Assembly (NCBI GenBank): GCA_963931515.1
Contig: OZ007022.1
Location: 589,747-653,746 of the forward strand
From: an uncultured Bacilli bacterium
GTDB lineage: Bacteria > Bacillota_I > Bacilli_A > RF39 > UBA660
Length of the DNA stretch: 64,000 nt
Direction of reading: 5' to 3'
Under the pieces are notes generated by a model. The model had not been told where the DNA came from. It made no database searches and saw only the letters and a program-made list of their open reading frames with translations. Positions 48,324-58,866 of this stretch are shown in pieces. Position 1 is the stretch's first letter; every line of letters starts with the position of its first letter. Made by a program: the position numbers and the translations under genes.

Positions 48324-49332
48324 AGTATCAATTATTGTTCCTATTTATAACGTTGAAAAGTATTTGTCTAAATGTTTAGATAGTTTAATTAATCAGACAT
48401 TTAAAGATATTGAAATTTGGGCAATTAGTGATGGTTCACCTGATAATAGTGTATCAATTATTAAAGAATATGCTAAAAAAGACGACAGAGTTAAATGTAT
48501 TGAAAAAGAAAATGGAGGATATGGCTCTGTTTTAGAGTATGCTATTAAAAATATTACGACTGAATATTTCTTGATTTGTGATCCAGATGATTGGTTAACT
48601 GAAGATGCTATTGAGATTCTTTATAAGGCGGCAGATAAATATGAATTAGATTTTGTGCGTGGGGCTTATTATAATGTTTATTCAAATGATGGTGAAAAAG
48701 AATTTCAAAGTGGTATGACTTATCCTAATGTTTTTAAACCAGAGGCAAATAAAGTGTATACTGATGATATAAATAGATTTTTGTTTATGTCTGATAGTCC
48801 ACATGCAAAACTTTATAAAACAAGTTTAGCTAAACATATCAAATTTCCTCATAAGGTAAGTTATACTGATGGAATTTTACATAAATTATATATTCCAGTT
48901 ATTAAAAGTGCGATGTATATTGATAAGCCACTTGCTTATTATCTCGTTGATAGAGAAGGCAATACGGTTACAGATGCTAAACCTAAAATAGCTGATGATC
49001 ATAAAGCAGTTTTTGATTCTATGATGGAACAGTATTATACTTTAGAAGGAAATAAAGAAATGTTACTTTACCGTTATTTCCTACAGTATGTTTATATGAA
49101 TTCGGAAATAGCAAGAATTGCTGATGAAAAAATATATAAACAAAAAAGAGAACTTGCATTTGATATGCTTAAAGTGCTATCAAAAAATCGTTCAGAGATT
49201 TATCCTTATTTAAAATATGAAACATCTCGTAAAAGAACAGCTTATAAATTACTTTTAAATCCATTAACTTCTAGAATAACATTTTTATATTTTTCTAAGA
49301 GAATATATAATAATTTACATGGTGGTAAATAA
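48313..49332 (+). CDS. GT2 glycosyltransferase
   Basis: SIIVPIYNVEKYL..DSLINQTF, DGSPD, CDPDD. Confidence 0.8.
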   Translation: MMAKVSIIVPIYNVEKYLSKCLDSLINQTFKDIEIWAISDGSPDNSVSIIKEYAKKDDRVKCIEKENGGYGSVLEYAIKNITTEYFLICDPDDWLTEDAIEILYKAADKYELDFVRGAYYNVYSNDGEKEFQSGMTYPNVFKPEANKVYTDDINRFLFMSDSPHAKLYKTSLAKHIKFPHKVSYTDGILHKLYIPVIKSAMYIDKPLAYYLVDREGNTVTDAKPKIADDHKAVFDSMMEQYYTLEGNKEMLLYRYFLQYVYMNSEIARIADEKIYKQKRELAFDMLKVLSKNRSEIYPYLKYETSRKRTAYKLLLNPLTSRITFLYFSKRIYNNLHGGK

Positions 49333-50783
49333 TGAAAAAAAGCAGAGTTTCAGTTAATTACATTTATAATGTTTTATATCAAATTTTAACATTCTTAACT
49401 CCTATTATTACGGCTCCTATTTTGACTAGAACATTAGGAGCTTCTAATATTGGAATTTATGATTATACTTATTCTGTAGTTAATTGGTTTATTTTGTTTG
49501 GAATGCTTGGTGTAACTTTATATGGTAATAAAGAGATTGCTAAAGCATCAACGACTAATGATAAAAATGTGATATCAAAAGTTTTTAGTCAAGTTTTTAC
49601 TATGCAAATGATTACCGTATTTTTGTCTTTAATATTATTCCTTATTATTTTTGGTTTTACAAATTTTGAATATAAAGAAGTTTATTTGTTTCAAGGAATT
49701 TTAATCTTTGCAAATGCATTTGAAATTTCTTGGTTATATGTAGGATTAGAAAATTTTAAACGTGTTACTATTCGTAATTTTATAATAAAAATTATTACTG
49801 TTCTAGGAATAATCTTCTTGATTAAAGACACAAATGATTTAATTTTATATACAATATTAATTGGTATTACAACTTTATTTGGTTGCCTTTCTTTATTTGT
49901 TAATATTAAAGATATTGTACATTATGTAAGACCAACATTTAAGGAAATTATAGGCCATATTAAAGGTTCTTTGGTTTTATTTATTCCGCAGATAGCTACA
50001 AGTGTTTATTCAATTTTTTCAAAAACTATGATTGGAATGTTATATCCAAATATTGATGAGGTTGGTTTTTATAATTATGCATATAAATTAATTACGATGG
50101 TTTTATATTTAGTTACAACTATCGGAACGGTGATGCTTCCTCATGTGGTTAGTACTATTGCATCTGGACAAGAGGAAAAGGCGAAAGATATGACTAATAA
50201 AACCTTAAAGATTGCATTATGTTTATCTTTTCCACTTGCTATTGGTTTTGCTGTTATAGCTCCATATTTTATACCATGGTTTTTAACTGAAGAATTTACT
50301 AAAACTGGATATATGATTTCTATTTTAGCACCTACGATTATTTTTATTTCAGTTACTAATGTTTTTGGAACACAATATTTAATACCTTTTGATAAGGTAA
50401 GGCAATATACTATTTCGATAGTGTGTGGAAGTGTTGTTAATATAATCAGCAATTTAATTTTAATACCTAAATTGGGTGGTTATGGTGCGGCAATAAGTGC
50501 AGTTATAACAGAATTTTCTGTCTTAGTAGTTCAGTATATATTTGTTCATAAGATATTTCAATTTGATGGAGTTTTATCTAAGGCAATTAAATATTTTGCC
50601 TCAGCTGTAATAATGGGGGCTATTTTGTTTGTGATTGGTCATTATATGGGTATTGGTTTACTTACTAATATTGTACAATTTGTTGTTGGAGTTATTATTT
50701 ATTTGATAATTTTATTTATTACAAAAGATGAAATATTGACATTTTTGTTTCAAAAAACAAAAGAAATGGTTTTAAGAAAATAG
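49332..50783 (+). CDS. wzx: Wzx-type polysaccharide flippase (MOP superfamily)
   Basis: 483 aa, 12-14 TM segments, typical flippase N-terminus. Confidence 0.75.
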   Translation: MKKSRVSVNYIYNVLYQILTFLTPIITAPILTRTLGASNIGIYDYTYSVVNWFILFGMLGVTLYGNKEIAKASTTNDKNVISKVFSQVFTMQMITVFLSLILFLIIFGFTNFEYKEVYLFQGILIFANAFEISWLYVGLENFKRVTIRNFIIKIITVLGIIFLIKDTNDLILYTILIGITTLFGCLSLFVNIKDIVHYVRPTFKEIIGHIKGSLVLFIPQIATSVYSIFSKTMIGMLYPNIDEVGFYNYAYKLITMVLYLVTTIGTVMLPHVVSTIASGQEEKAKDMTNKTLKIALCLSFPLAIGFAVIAPYFIPWFLTEEFTKTGYMISILAPTIIFISVTNVFGTQYLIPFDKVRQYTISIVCGSVVNIISNLILIPKLGGYGAAISAVITEFSVLVVQYIFVHKIFQFDGVLSKAIKYFASAVIMGAILFVIGHYMGIGLLTNIVQFVVGVIIYLIILFITKDEILTFLFQKTKEMVLRK

Positions 50784-50796
50784 TTAGGATGATTAT

Positions 50797-51750
50797 ATGA
50801 AAATTAGTGTGATTGTTCCAGTTTATAATGTTTATGATTATTTGGACAAGTGTTTAAATTCTTTGGTTAATCAAAGTGATAATGATTTTGAAGTTATAAT
50901 TGTAAATGATGGTTCGACGGATAATAGTCAGGAAATTATTGATAAGTATGTGAGTGAGAATGCTAATATGAAATCTTTTATTAAAGAAAATGGTGGGCTT
51001 TCTTCTGCTCGTAATTATGGTCTTTCTAAGGCAACAGGAGAGTATGTACTATTTTTGGATAGTGATGATTACTATGAACCAAATACAATTGAAATTATGA
51101 AAAAGGAAGCATTATCTGGCGATGATATAATTATTTTTAGAATATTTATTGATGAAAATAATGAGATAAAAAAGAGTATGATTGAGATGGAAAAGTTTAT
51201 TTTTAATGATAACATTTCACCATCTAAACGATTACTTTTATATAATCCGTCGGCTTGTGATAAGATGTTTAGAAAGAGTTTATTTGATAATATTTCTTTC
51301 ATTACAGGCAAATATTATGAAGATTTAGGAACAATACCATTACTTGCTATATATACTGATAAAATTAAGTTTACTGATTATTATTTGTATCATTATTTTA
51401 AAAGAGAAAATTCAATTATGAATAAAATTAATTATAATACTAAATTAGAAGATATTTTCTTTATTGTTAATCGAATTACGGTTTGGTATGAAGAAAATAA
51501 TTTAGCTAATGAGTTTAAAGAGGAAATTGAATATATATATATTCATCATTTACTTAGGGCTGCAAGTATTAGATTTTTAAATTATGAAAGATATGATATG
51601 ATTGATAAAATTAGAAAAATTATGAAAGAGAAATATCCTAATTTTACTAAAAATAAATATTTTAAAAAATATGGTTTTAAAAGAAAATTAATGTGTAGAT
51701 TAATATATAAAGGAAATTATAATTTGATTAAGAAATTAAGAGGAATATAG
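50797..51750 (+). CDS. GT2 glycosyltransferase
   Basis: ISVIVPVYNVYDYL, DGSTDNS, DSDD. Confidence 0.8.
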   Translation: MKISVIVPVYNVYDYLDKCLNSLVNQSDNDFEVIIVNDGSTDNSQEIIDKYVSENANMKSFIKENGGLSSARNYGLSKATGEYVLFLDSDDYYEPNTIEIMKKEALSGDDIIIFRIFIDENNEIKKSMIEMEKFIFNDNISPSKRLLLYNPSACDKMFRKSLFDNISFITGKYYEDLGTIPLLAIYTDKIKFTDYYLYHYFKRENSIMNKINYNTKLEDIFFIVNRITVWYEENNLANEFKEEIEYIYIHHLLRAASIRFLNYERYDMIDKIRKIMKEKYPNFTKNKYFKKYGFKRKLMCRLIYKGNYNLIKKLRGI

Positions 51751-51759
51751 GTGGTATTT

Positions 51760-54138
51760 ATGCAAAATAAGATTTTTAACAAATGGTTACCGATATTTAT
51801 TTTTATACAGCCATTGTTTGATGTATTAACATCATTTATGACGGTTGTTGGTATAAGTGTTACTGTTGGAATTTTAGTAAAGATGTTGATACTATTTTTA
51901 ATGAGTATTTATTTGATTTTTTTTGATAAATATAAAAGACACTATAATTTTATTTATTTTGGTTTGATTATTGTTTTATGTTTAGGAAATATGTATTTTA
52001 ATTTAGATATTTTAAAATCTCATTTTTCTGAGTATGCCGGATATTTAATGAAATATGTGTATTTTTCTTTAGTTTTACTATATTTTATTAAGTGGTATAA
52101 GAATGGCAATTCTATTAAATTACATGAATTTCGTTTACCGTTTTTTATTTTAGCTTTAGTTTTTTTCCTTTCTTGGATAACTGATACGGCTTTTGATACT
52201 TATTTACCTAATAGTGGAAAAGATGGTTCTTCTGGTTGGTTTTTTTCAGGAAATGAAATTGGGGCTTTACTTAGTATAATTTTTCCTATTGTTTTATTTA
52301 ATGGATTACATAATCCAAACAGTCACAAGTGGGAGAATATTTTAACTATTATTATTGGTATTGCTTTACTTTTACTTGGTACAAAAGTTGGATTACTTGG
52401 ATATTTTATTACTATTGTTGGATATTTAGTTTATCGTCTTATTGCTTTTAAAAAGATAAAATTAGATTCTAAATTTTTTATAGTTTTAATTTGCTTATGT
52501 ATTTCTGGTTTAATGTGGCCTAATATTCCAGCTGTTTACAATACAGCCCAACGATATGAAAGCTTAGAAATTGACGATGAAATGATTACTGATGTAGAAA
52601 GAGATGAAAGAATTAATTTCTTGATTTATAGTGGTCGTAATGGTTATATTGCTAAAATGGTACAATTACGTAAAGATATTTCAATTGGCGAAAGATTATT
52701 TGGTAAATTTTATGAACGAGAAGATAAAACTTTATTTATTACTGAGCAAGATCCTTTTGATATTTATTTCTTGTTTGGGATATTAGGAATTATTATTTTG
52801 TTTGTTCCTTTGTTATATGTTTTATTTAGCTCTTTGAAAATTTGTTTTAAAGAGATTAAGATTAGATTCTTTGATATTGAGACTGCTATGTGTTTGCTTA
52901 GCATTATTTTAGCGCTTGGAGTTTCAACTATGTCTGGACACACTTCATTAGCGCCATCTGTTAGTACTTTTATGATTTTGATTCTTGTTAATTTTTATAT
53001 TAGATGTAGAGAATCTCTTGATGAAGATGGCAAAGTAAGAGTATTGATTGGTACTGTACATATGGAAATTGGTGGCATTGAGAAGACATTAGTTAATCTA
53101 CTTAAGAGAATTGACTATAAAAAGTATAAGATTGATGTATTTTTGTTAAAACCAGAAGGGGCATTTTTAAAATATTTACCACAGAATGTTAATATTATTA
53201 CTCCTTATGACGGAAGTGTTATGCGGCGAATAGTGCTTAGTAATAATATTGTTTGTAAAGCTATAAAACATTTATTATTTAATTATTATACTGGTTCTTG
53301 GTTTTCAACTAACAAAAAATATGATGTAGCTATTTCTTATGCCGGTTATTATCCATTTGTTGATTCTTATATTGGTTCTAGTATTGCTTCAAAGAAACTT
53401 ATTTGGTTGCATACAGATATTGATTATGCTTATAAACATGATGAGAAATATCGTAAGAAATTTGATCGCACTAAATTTAAGTATGATAAATTTGATATAA
53501 TTGTTGGTGTTAGTGAGGGCGTCAAAGAAAGTTTTGAGAAGGTTTTACCTGAATATAAGTCTAAAACTACTTATATATGGAATATTATTGATTTTGCTTT
53601 AAATAGTGAAAAAAGCTCTGTTACACTTGATGGGAAATACAATATTGTATGTATAGGTAGATTATGTAAACAGAAACGTTTTGATAAAGTTGTTGAGGTT
53701 GCTTCTACTTTACCTAGTGATGTAAAAATTTATATTGTAGGTGGAGGAGAGTTATTTGATTCTTTGCAACATTTAATTAAAGAAAAAGGACTTGAAGATA
53801 AAGTTATATTATTGGGTGAATGCCAGAATATACAATCTATATTAAAACAAGCGAATTTGCTACTTTCAGTTTCTGATTATGAAGGATTACCGACAGTTTT
53901 AATGGAATCACTTATTTGCATGGTGCCAATTGTTGCGACAGAAGTTTGTGGTAATACAGATATTTATAAATATATTGCTCCTAAAGGTAGTATGACAATT
54001 TGTAAAAATAATATCCCATCTATATCTAAAACGATAATTAAAGTTTATAACGGACCTAAACATAAGCGTTTTAAATTTGATTTGAATAATTATAATAAAG
54101 AAAATATGAATAAGTTTTATAAGACTATAGGAGATTAG
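51760..54138 (+). CDS. fusion of an O-antigen-ligase/Wzy-like polytopic membrane domain with a C-terminal GT4 glycosyltransferase
   Basis: 795 aa. The N-terminal roughly 430 aa is polytopic with a Wzy_C-like large loop. The C-terminal roughly 360 aa has the GT4 EX7E motif (EGLPTVLMESLICMVPIVATE). Confidence 0.65.
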   Translation: MQNKIFNKWLPIFIFIQPLFDVLTSFMTVVGISVTVGILVKMLILFLMSIYLIFFDKYKRHYNFIYFGLIIVLCLGNMYFNLDILKSHFSEYAGYLMKYVYFSLVLLYFIKWYKNGNSIKLHEFRLPFFILALVFFLSWITDTAFDTYLPNSGKDGSSGWFFSGNEIGALLSIIFPIVLFNGLHNPNSHKWENILTIIIGIALLLLGTKVGLLGYFITIVGYLVYRLIAFKKIKLDSKFFIVLICLCISGLMWPNIPAVYNTAQRYESLEIDDEMITDVERDERINFLIYSGRNGYIAKMVQLRKDISIGERLFGKFYEREDKTLFITEQDPFDIYFLFGILGIIILFVPLLYVLFSSLKICFKEIKIRFFDIETAMCLLSIILALGVSTMSGHTSLAPSVSTFMILILVNFYIRCRESLDEDGKVRVLIGTVHMEIGGIEKTLVNLLKRIDYKKYKIDVFLLKPEGAFLKYLPQNVNIITPYDGSVMRRIVLSNNIVCKAIKHLLFNYYTGSWFSTNKKYDVAISYAGYYPFVDSYIGSSIASKKLIWLHTDIDYAYKHDEKYRKKFDRTKFKYDKFDIIVGVSEGVKESFEKVLPEYKSKTTYIWNIIDFALNSEKSSVTLDGKYNIVCIGRLCKQKRFDKVVEVASTLPSDVKIYIVGGGELFDSLQHLIKEKGLEDKVILLGECQNIQSILKQANLLLSVSDYEGLPTVLMESLICMVPIVATEVCGNTDIYKYIAPKGSMTICKNNIPSISKTIIKVYNGPKHKRFKFDLNNYNKENMNKFYKTIGD

Positions 54139-54149
54139 TTTGAAAAATA

Positions 54150-55800
54150 AAAATAGAAATTATTGCACGACAAAAAGAGTTTTAGTTCACCAAATTTTAG
54201 AAATTTGGAGAAATTAAACAATAAGTTCTTTGAAAATAGTTTAATTATTTGCAGGATTAAGATTAAGGATAGAAGTATCTATTCCAAGTTTAGATAATGT
54301 TTTAATAGCATTATCAATAATTTGTTCACGTTTAGATTCGAAAACAGCTTCGGGAATGTCTGAATAATTAATATCAATGGGATTAAAAGTTTCACCAGTT
54401 TGAAAAATTTTATAAATACAAGTAAGCATCATTCTAGCAATAGCAATAATAGCTTTCTTGTGTCCACGTCTTTTCCTAATTTTAAGATATTTGTTTCTAA
54501 AGTATGGTTCTTTAGTAGATTTAATAGCCGCATTGGCACACTGAACTAAAATAGGTTTAAGATAAACTCCGGCTCGAGAAACTTTGGTAGATTTCTTCTT
54601 ACCGGCACTCTCATTATTTTGAGGGGTAAGACCAGCCCAGTTACAAAGCTTTTTAGAAGTGGAAAAAGCAGACATATCAATACCTATTTCAGAAACAATG
54701 ACCTTGGCAGAGTTATCAGAAATACCAGGAACAGTTTTAGCTAAATCTACATATACTTGATATTCAGAAGAAATTAATCTGTCTACTTCTTCGTCGATAG
54801 AGGAAACAGTATTTTGAATTGATTCCAAATGAATTCTAGAAGATTTAATTTTAACAATAGTAGAATCAGGTATACAAAAACCTTTGATTGATGTTATAAT
54901 ATCATCAGATTTTGTTTTAGCGGATTTACAAAGAAGAGTTTTAATAACTTCTTCATTAAAATTTTCGGGTTTATCTAAAGATAAAATATAATCAAGTATA
55001 TTGGAAGCAGATTTACCAAAGATATCTGATAAGACAGAATCTAAAGTAATATTAGAGATGGTAAGAGAATTTTGAATACGGTTTTTTTCAGAAGAAGCCA
55101 TATTAACAAGCTTAACGCGATATCTTAAAAGTTCTCTTAAACATCTAGTAGATTTAGGTGGAATAAAAGACTGTGGACAAAGATCATGTTTGAATAAATC
55201 GGTAATCCAAATAGAATCTTTCTTATCAGTCTTTTTTCCTTTGACCGCTTTAATATATTTTGGATTAGCGACAACAACATTGAAATCATCTTCTAAAATA
55301 TTAAATATAGGAATCCAATACTTACCAGTAGATTCCATACAAACATCATGACAATTGTTAGATATTAGCCACCTTTTAAAAGAATTAATATCTTTGTTAT
55401 GTGTATAGAAGTTTTTGGTTTGATAAGTAGTTATTCCATGATTATCAGTAGTACCAATAGAAGCAACAATGAATCTCTTGTGAACATCAACACCACAGCA
55501 AATAGGACGAACTATTTTAAGCATAAAAACAACTCCTTTAAAATGTAAATAATAAAGAAGCATTGACTGAAAATCCAGGCACTGAACATCAAGGATAATT
55601 CCAATGATTAGTTTACGGACTCGAAGTACCACTTATTTGTGCTTGAGAAGGATAATCTACACATGTTAAAATACAGACTTATTGTCAAAGAGGTGACAAT
55701 TTCTACTCACCTCGCCGTGCTTTGTAGTTGCTTCTTTAAATTTACAATGAGATATTATATATTAAAAATTAAAATAAATAAAATATTTTTCATAGCGATT
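54150..55800 (-). mobile_element. IS110-family insertion sequence (ends not defined; the family lacks obvious IRs)
   Basis: Transposase gene occupies an intergenic gap inside the polysaccharide locus. Boundaries are approximate. Confidence 0.4.
54241..55524 (-). CDS. IS110-family transposase
   Basis: N-terminal DEDD domain (GVDVHK...) and C-terminal Transposase_20 HhH (VPGISDNSAKVIVSEIG...NWAGLTPQNNESAGKKKS). Start is MLKIV at 55524 with RBS aaggag. The ORF track extends to 55632. Confidence 0.85.
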   Translation of the reverse strand: MLKIVRPICCGVDVHKRFIVASIGTTDNHGITTYQTKNFYTHNKDINSFKRWLISNNCHDVCMESTGKYWIPIFNILEDDFNVVVANPKYIKAVKGKKTDKKDSIWITDLFKHDLCPQSFIPPKSTRCLRELLRYRVKLVNMASSEKNRIQNSLTISNITLDSVLSDIFGKSASNILDYILSLDKPENFNEEVIKTLLCKSAKTKSDDIITSIKGFCIPDSTIVKIKSSRIHLESIQNTVSSIDEEVDRLISSEYQVYVDLAKTVPGISDNSAKVIVSEIGIDMSAFSTSKKLCNWAGLTPQNNESAGKKKSTKVSRAGVYLKPILVQCANAAIKSTKEPYFRNKYLKIRKRRGHKKAIIAIARMMLTCIYKIFQTGETFNPIDINYSDIPEAVFESKREQIIDNAIKTLSKLGIDTSILNLNPANN

Positions 55801-55841
55801 TGTGTCGGAGCGACATAGTCGCGAACGAAATGGAGGTTAAA

Positions 55842-56918
55842 ATGAAAAAAATGATAATTTATATGCCAAAATTGTCGATTGGTGGTATGGAAAAGGCTCT
55901 GATTAATTTACTTAATTATAGTTCTTTGACTAAAAAATATCATATTACACTTTTTCTTGGATATTTAGTTCAAAAAGAATATTTAGATATGGTGCCTAAA
56001 GATGTTGAAGTTTATTTGTGTTGTAAAGGTAAATGGAATATTTTTGGCAAGATAATTACTTATTTTAAAATGATGCTTAAAAAATTAAAGGTTAGTTTGA
56101 AATTTGAAAAATATGATGTTGCTATTTCTTATGCATATCAACATCCTATTTTGGCTAGTTTAGCAAGAAAGAGTTCTGAAAATAATATTATGTTTATTCA
56201 TAATAATTTAAGATTAAAATACGGTGATAATTCAAAGCGTGTTAAGAAAATGAAATTTGATAAGTTTAATAAAGTTGTTTGTGTTAGTAACGATGCTATG
56301 GAAGCTTTTATGGAATTATATCCAAATTTTTGTGGTAAAATAATAGTTGTTAATAATTTATTAGATGGTAAAAGCATCATTGAAAAATCTTTAGAGAAAG
56401 TAGAATTTAATTATCAAAAACCTGTATTTATTACAGTAGCGCGTTGTGAAGAGAAAGCAAAGAAAATTTCTAGAATTATTAAAGCCAGCAAGAGATTAAG
56501 TGAGAATTATAAATTTTCTGTTATAATTGTTGGTGATGGTGATGATTTTGAAATGTATAAAAATATGATTTCTGAACTTTCTTTGAATGATATTGTTTTT
56601 ATGCTTGGCAGAAAGGTTAATCCTTATCCATATATCAGAAATGCTTCAGCTTTGGTGTTATCATCAGAATATGAAGGCTACGGTATAGTAATAGACGAGG
56701 CTAGAATTTTGGGGGTACCGGTTATTTCTACTGATGTGGCTGATGCTAAAGAAATTTTAAATGAAGGTTTTGGAATACTATGTGAGAATTCTGAAGATGG
56801 GGTATATAATGGCATGAAGAAATTTTTAGATGATGGATATAAATTAGGAAATGCATTTAATTATGAGATATTTAATAGCCAAATGGATAAAAAGTTAGAA
56901 GAGTTTATTGAAGAATAG
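55842..56918 (+). CDS. GT4 glycosyltransferase
   Basis: EX7E motif (EGYGIVIDEARILGVPVISTD). Start is MKKMIIYMP, with RBS ggagg. Confidence 0.8.
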   Translation: MKKMIIYMPKLSIGGMEKALINLLNYSSLTKKYHITLFLGYLVQKEYLDMVPKDVEVYLCCKGKWNIFGKIITYFKMMLKKLKVSLKFEKYDVAISYAYQHPILASLARKSSENNIMFIHNNLRLKYGDNSKRVKKMKFDKFNKVVCVSNDAMEAFMELYPNFCGKIIVVNNLLDGKSIIEKSLEKVEFNYQKPVFITVARCEEKAKKISRIIKASKRLSENYKFSVIIVGDGDDFEMYKNMISELSLNDIVFMLGRKVNPYPYIRNASALVLSSEYEGYGIVIDEARILGVPVISTDVADAKEILNEGFGILCENSEDGVYNGMKKFLDDGYKLGNAFNYEIFNSQMDKKLEEFIEE

Positions 56919-56929
56919 TAGGCGATATA

Positions 56930-57400
56930 ATGAAAAAGAAAAAAGTTTTATTTATTTGTAGTGTTGGTGGGCATTTAACGCAAATGCTTCAGTTAAAAAG
57001 CTTATTTAAAAAATATAATTATTTATTTGTAACTGAGAAAACAGATGTTACAGTTAGTTTAAAAGAAAAATATAATATGCGTTTTTTTAGATATTGTAAT
57101 GGTCAAAATTTTATTAAATATTTTTTCATTAATGTTATAAACGCTTTTAATGCAATTTATACATTTATTAGATTTAGACCTGATGTGATTGTTAGTACAG
57201 GGGCTAATACTTCTGTTCCAATGTGTTATTTAGGAAGATTATTTGGCAAAAAAGTAATTTTTATTGAAAGTTTTGCTAAGAATAAAGGAAAAACTTTGTC
57301 GGGGAAATTGGTTTATCCTATTGCGACAACGTTTGTTGTACAATGGAAAAGTATGCTTGATTATTATCCTAAAGCTGTTTATTGGGGTGGAATATATTAA
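56930..57400 (+). CDS. Alg14-like / Cps14F-PssD-family glycosyltransferase subunit
   Basis: 156 aa. LFICSVGGHLTQM motif and an overall Alg14-like pattern. Confidence 0.7.
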   Translation: MKKKKVLFICSVGGHLTQMLQLKSLFKKYNYLFVTEKTDVTVSLKEKYNMRFFRYCNGQNFIKYFFINVINAFNAIYTFIRFRPDVIVSTGANTSVPMCYLGRLFGKKVIFIESFAKNKGKTLSGKLVYPIATTFVVQWKSMLDYYPKAVYWGGIY

Positions 57401-58854
57401 TGAAAAAAAATTTTTTAATTGTTTTTTTGGTATTTCTTTTTGGGACAATTATTACATTTCTTACTTTGTTACCGTCTTATAATATAGATGGATATTGTAA
57501 TTTAAAAATTGGATTTATTGATTATTCGACAATTTTTTTAGCATCGGGTAGATTTGTTAGCACAATATTTTATTGTTTATTTGGGTTGTTACATTTTTCG
57601 TTTGAAATTGTGTCTATTTTTTCTATTTTGTTATCTAATTTGTTTTTATCTTTATCGGTTTTTGTGATATATCATTTTATAAATAAAGATAAAAATTATA
57701 AATTATTTTTTAAAGCTTTAATATTAGTTGGATCATTGTTAATATTTTATAATCCTTTTATATTAGAATTTCTTTTATTTGAAGAGTCATTTAGTATGTG
57801 CTTCGGAATTTTATTAGTATCATTAGCTGCTTGTTATATTAACAAAAATTCTAAAAAAAATCTTCTGATAAGTTTATTTTTGTTATTTGTAGCTACTGGG
57901 TGTTATCAAGGAGTATTATGCCTTTTTATTCCACTAGCTATTGTTTTATATTATAGTTGTAATTTTGATTTTAAAGATGTTTTTAAATTTTTGCTTAAAT
58001 GCATTGTTGTTTATGCTGTAGCATATATATTGTCATATTTATTTGTATTATTAGTGAATTTTTTATTAAATACGCAATCTGAAAAAGTAGGGAGCATTGA
58101 TTTTAAAACTAATTTTTTGTTTTTATATAAGAATGTTAAGAATTTGCTAATTACATTTAGTGATTATATTGATTATAAAATTTTTTATATTGTTTTTTTT
58201 GTTATTCTCATTTCTATTTTGCTTTTAACTATTAAAAATTTTAAATATTATTATAAAACCTATATTTATATCATTTTGTTATTAATTGGTAATATTGTGG
58301 TTTGTGTTGGACCTTATATATTGATGGATTCTAATAATGTTTATATTTGTGCGAGGATGTGTATAGGTTTAACTGCAATTATTGGAATGCTATTATTGCT
58401 TGTTGTTAAAATGGAGATTAACAGTAATGTATTTTATTATATTATGATTTTTATTTCAATTTGTTTTCTTTTAATTGTCGGAATAAATTATTATTCTATT
58501 TCTTATGATGGCTATAGTAGATTTGTCAAGGATAAACAATATGCTATTGGTGTACAAAATAGAATTAGTCAATATGAAAAAGAAAACAATATTAAGATTA
58601 AAAACATATATTTTCATCGGGATATTAATCCAACATATAAATATGATTTGAATGATACTGCTTATACTGTTACAATATTAAGTAATAATTGGGGATTTGA
58701 ATGTGGAATTAATGGAATTAATAAAAAGCAATATATTATTAAAAATATGTCGGAAGAAGATTATTTAAAGTATTTTGATGGGCTAAATTTTGATGAATTG
58801 AATGTTAAACAATTTGTATTTAAAAAAGATAGTCTTTATTTATTGTTATATTAA
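57400..58854 (+). CDS. polytopic membrane protein (Wzy-like polymerase or GT-C candidate)
   Basis: About 485 aa, 12 or more TM helices. TAATG stop-start overlap with the Alg14-like gene. Confidence 0.5.
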   Translation: MKKNFLIVFLVFLFGTIITFLTLLPSYNIDGYCNLKIGFIDYSTIFLASGRFVSTIFYCLFGLLHFSFEIVSIFSILLSNLFLSLSVFVIYHFINKDKNYKLFFKALILVGSLLIFYNPFILEFLLFEESFSMCFGILLVSLAACYINKNSKKNLLISLFLLFVATGCYQGVLCLFIPLAIVLYYSCNFDFKDVFKFLLKCIVVYAVAYILSYLFVLLVNFLLNTQSEKVGSIDFKTNFLFLYKNVKNLLITFSDYIDYKIFYIVFFVILISILLLTIKNFKYYYKTYIYIILLLIGNIVVCVGPYILMDSNNVYICARMCIGLTAIIGMLLLLVVKMEINSNVFYYIMIFISICFLLIVGINYYSISYDGYSRFVKDKQYAIGVQNRISQYEKENNIKIKNIYFHRDINPTYKYDLNDTAYTVTILSNNWGFECGINGINKKQYIIKNMSEEDYLKYFDGLNFDELNVKQFVFKKDSLYLLLY

Positions 58855-58866
58855 GGAGTTGGTCAA

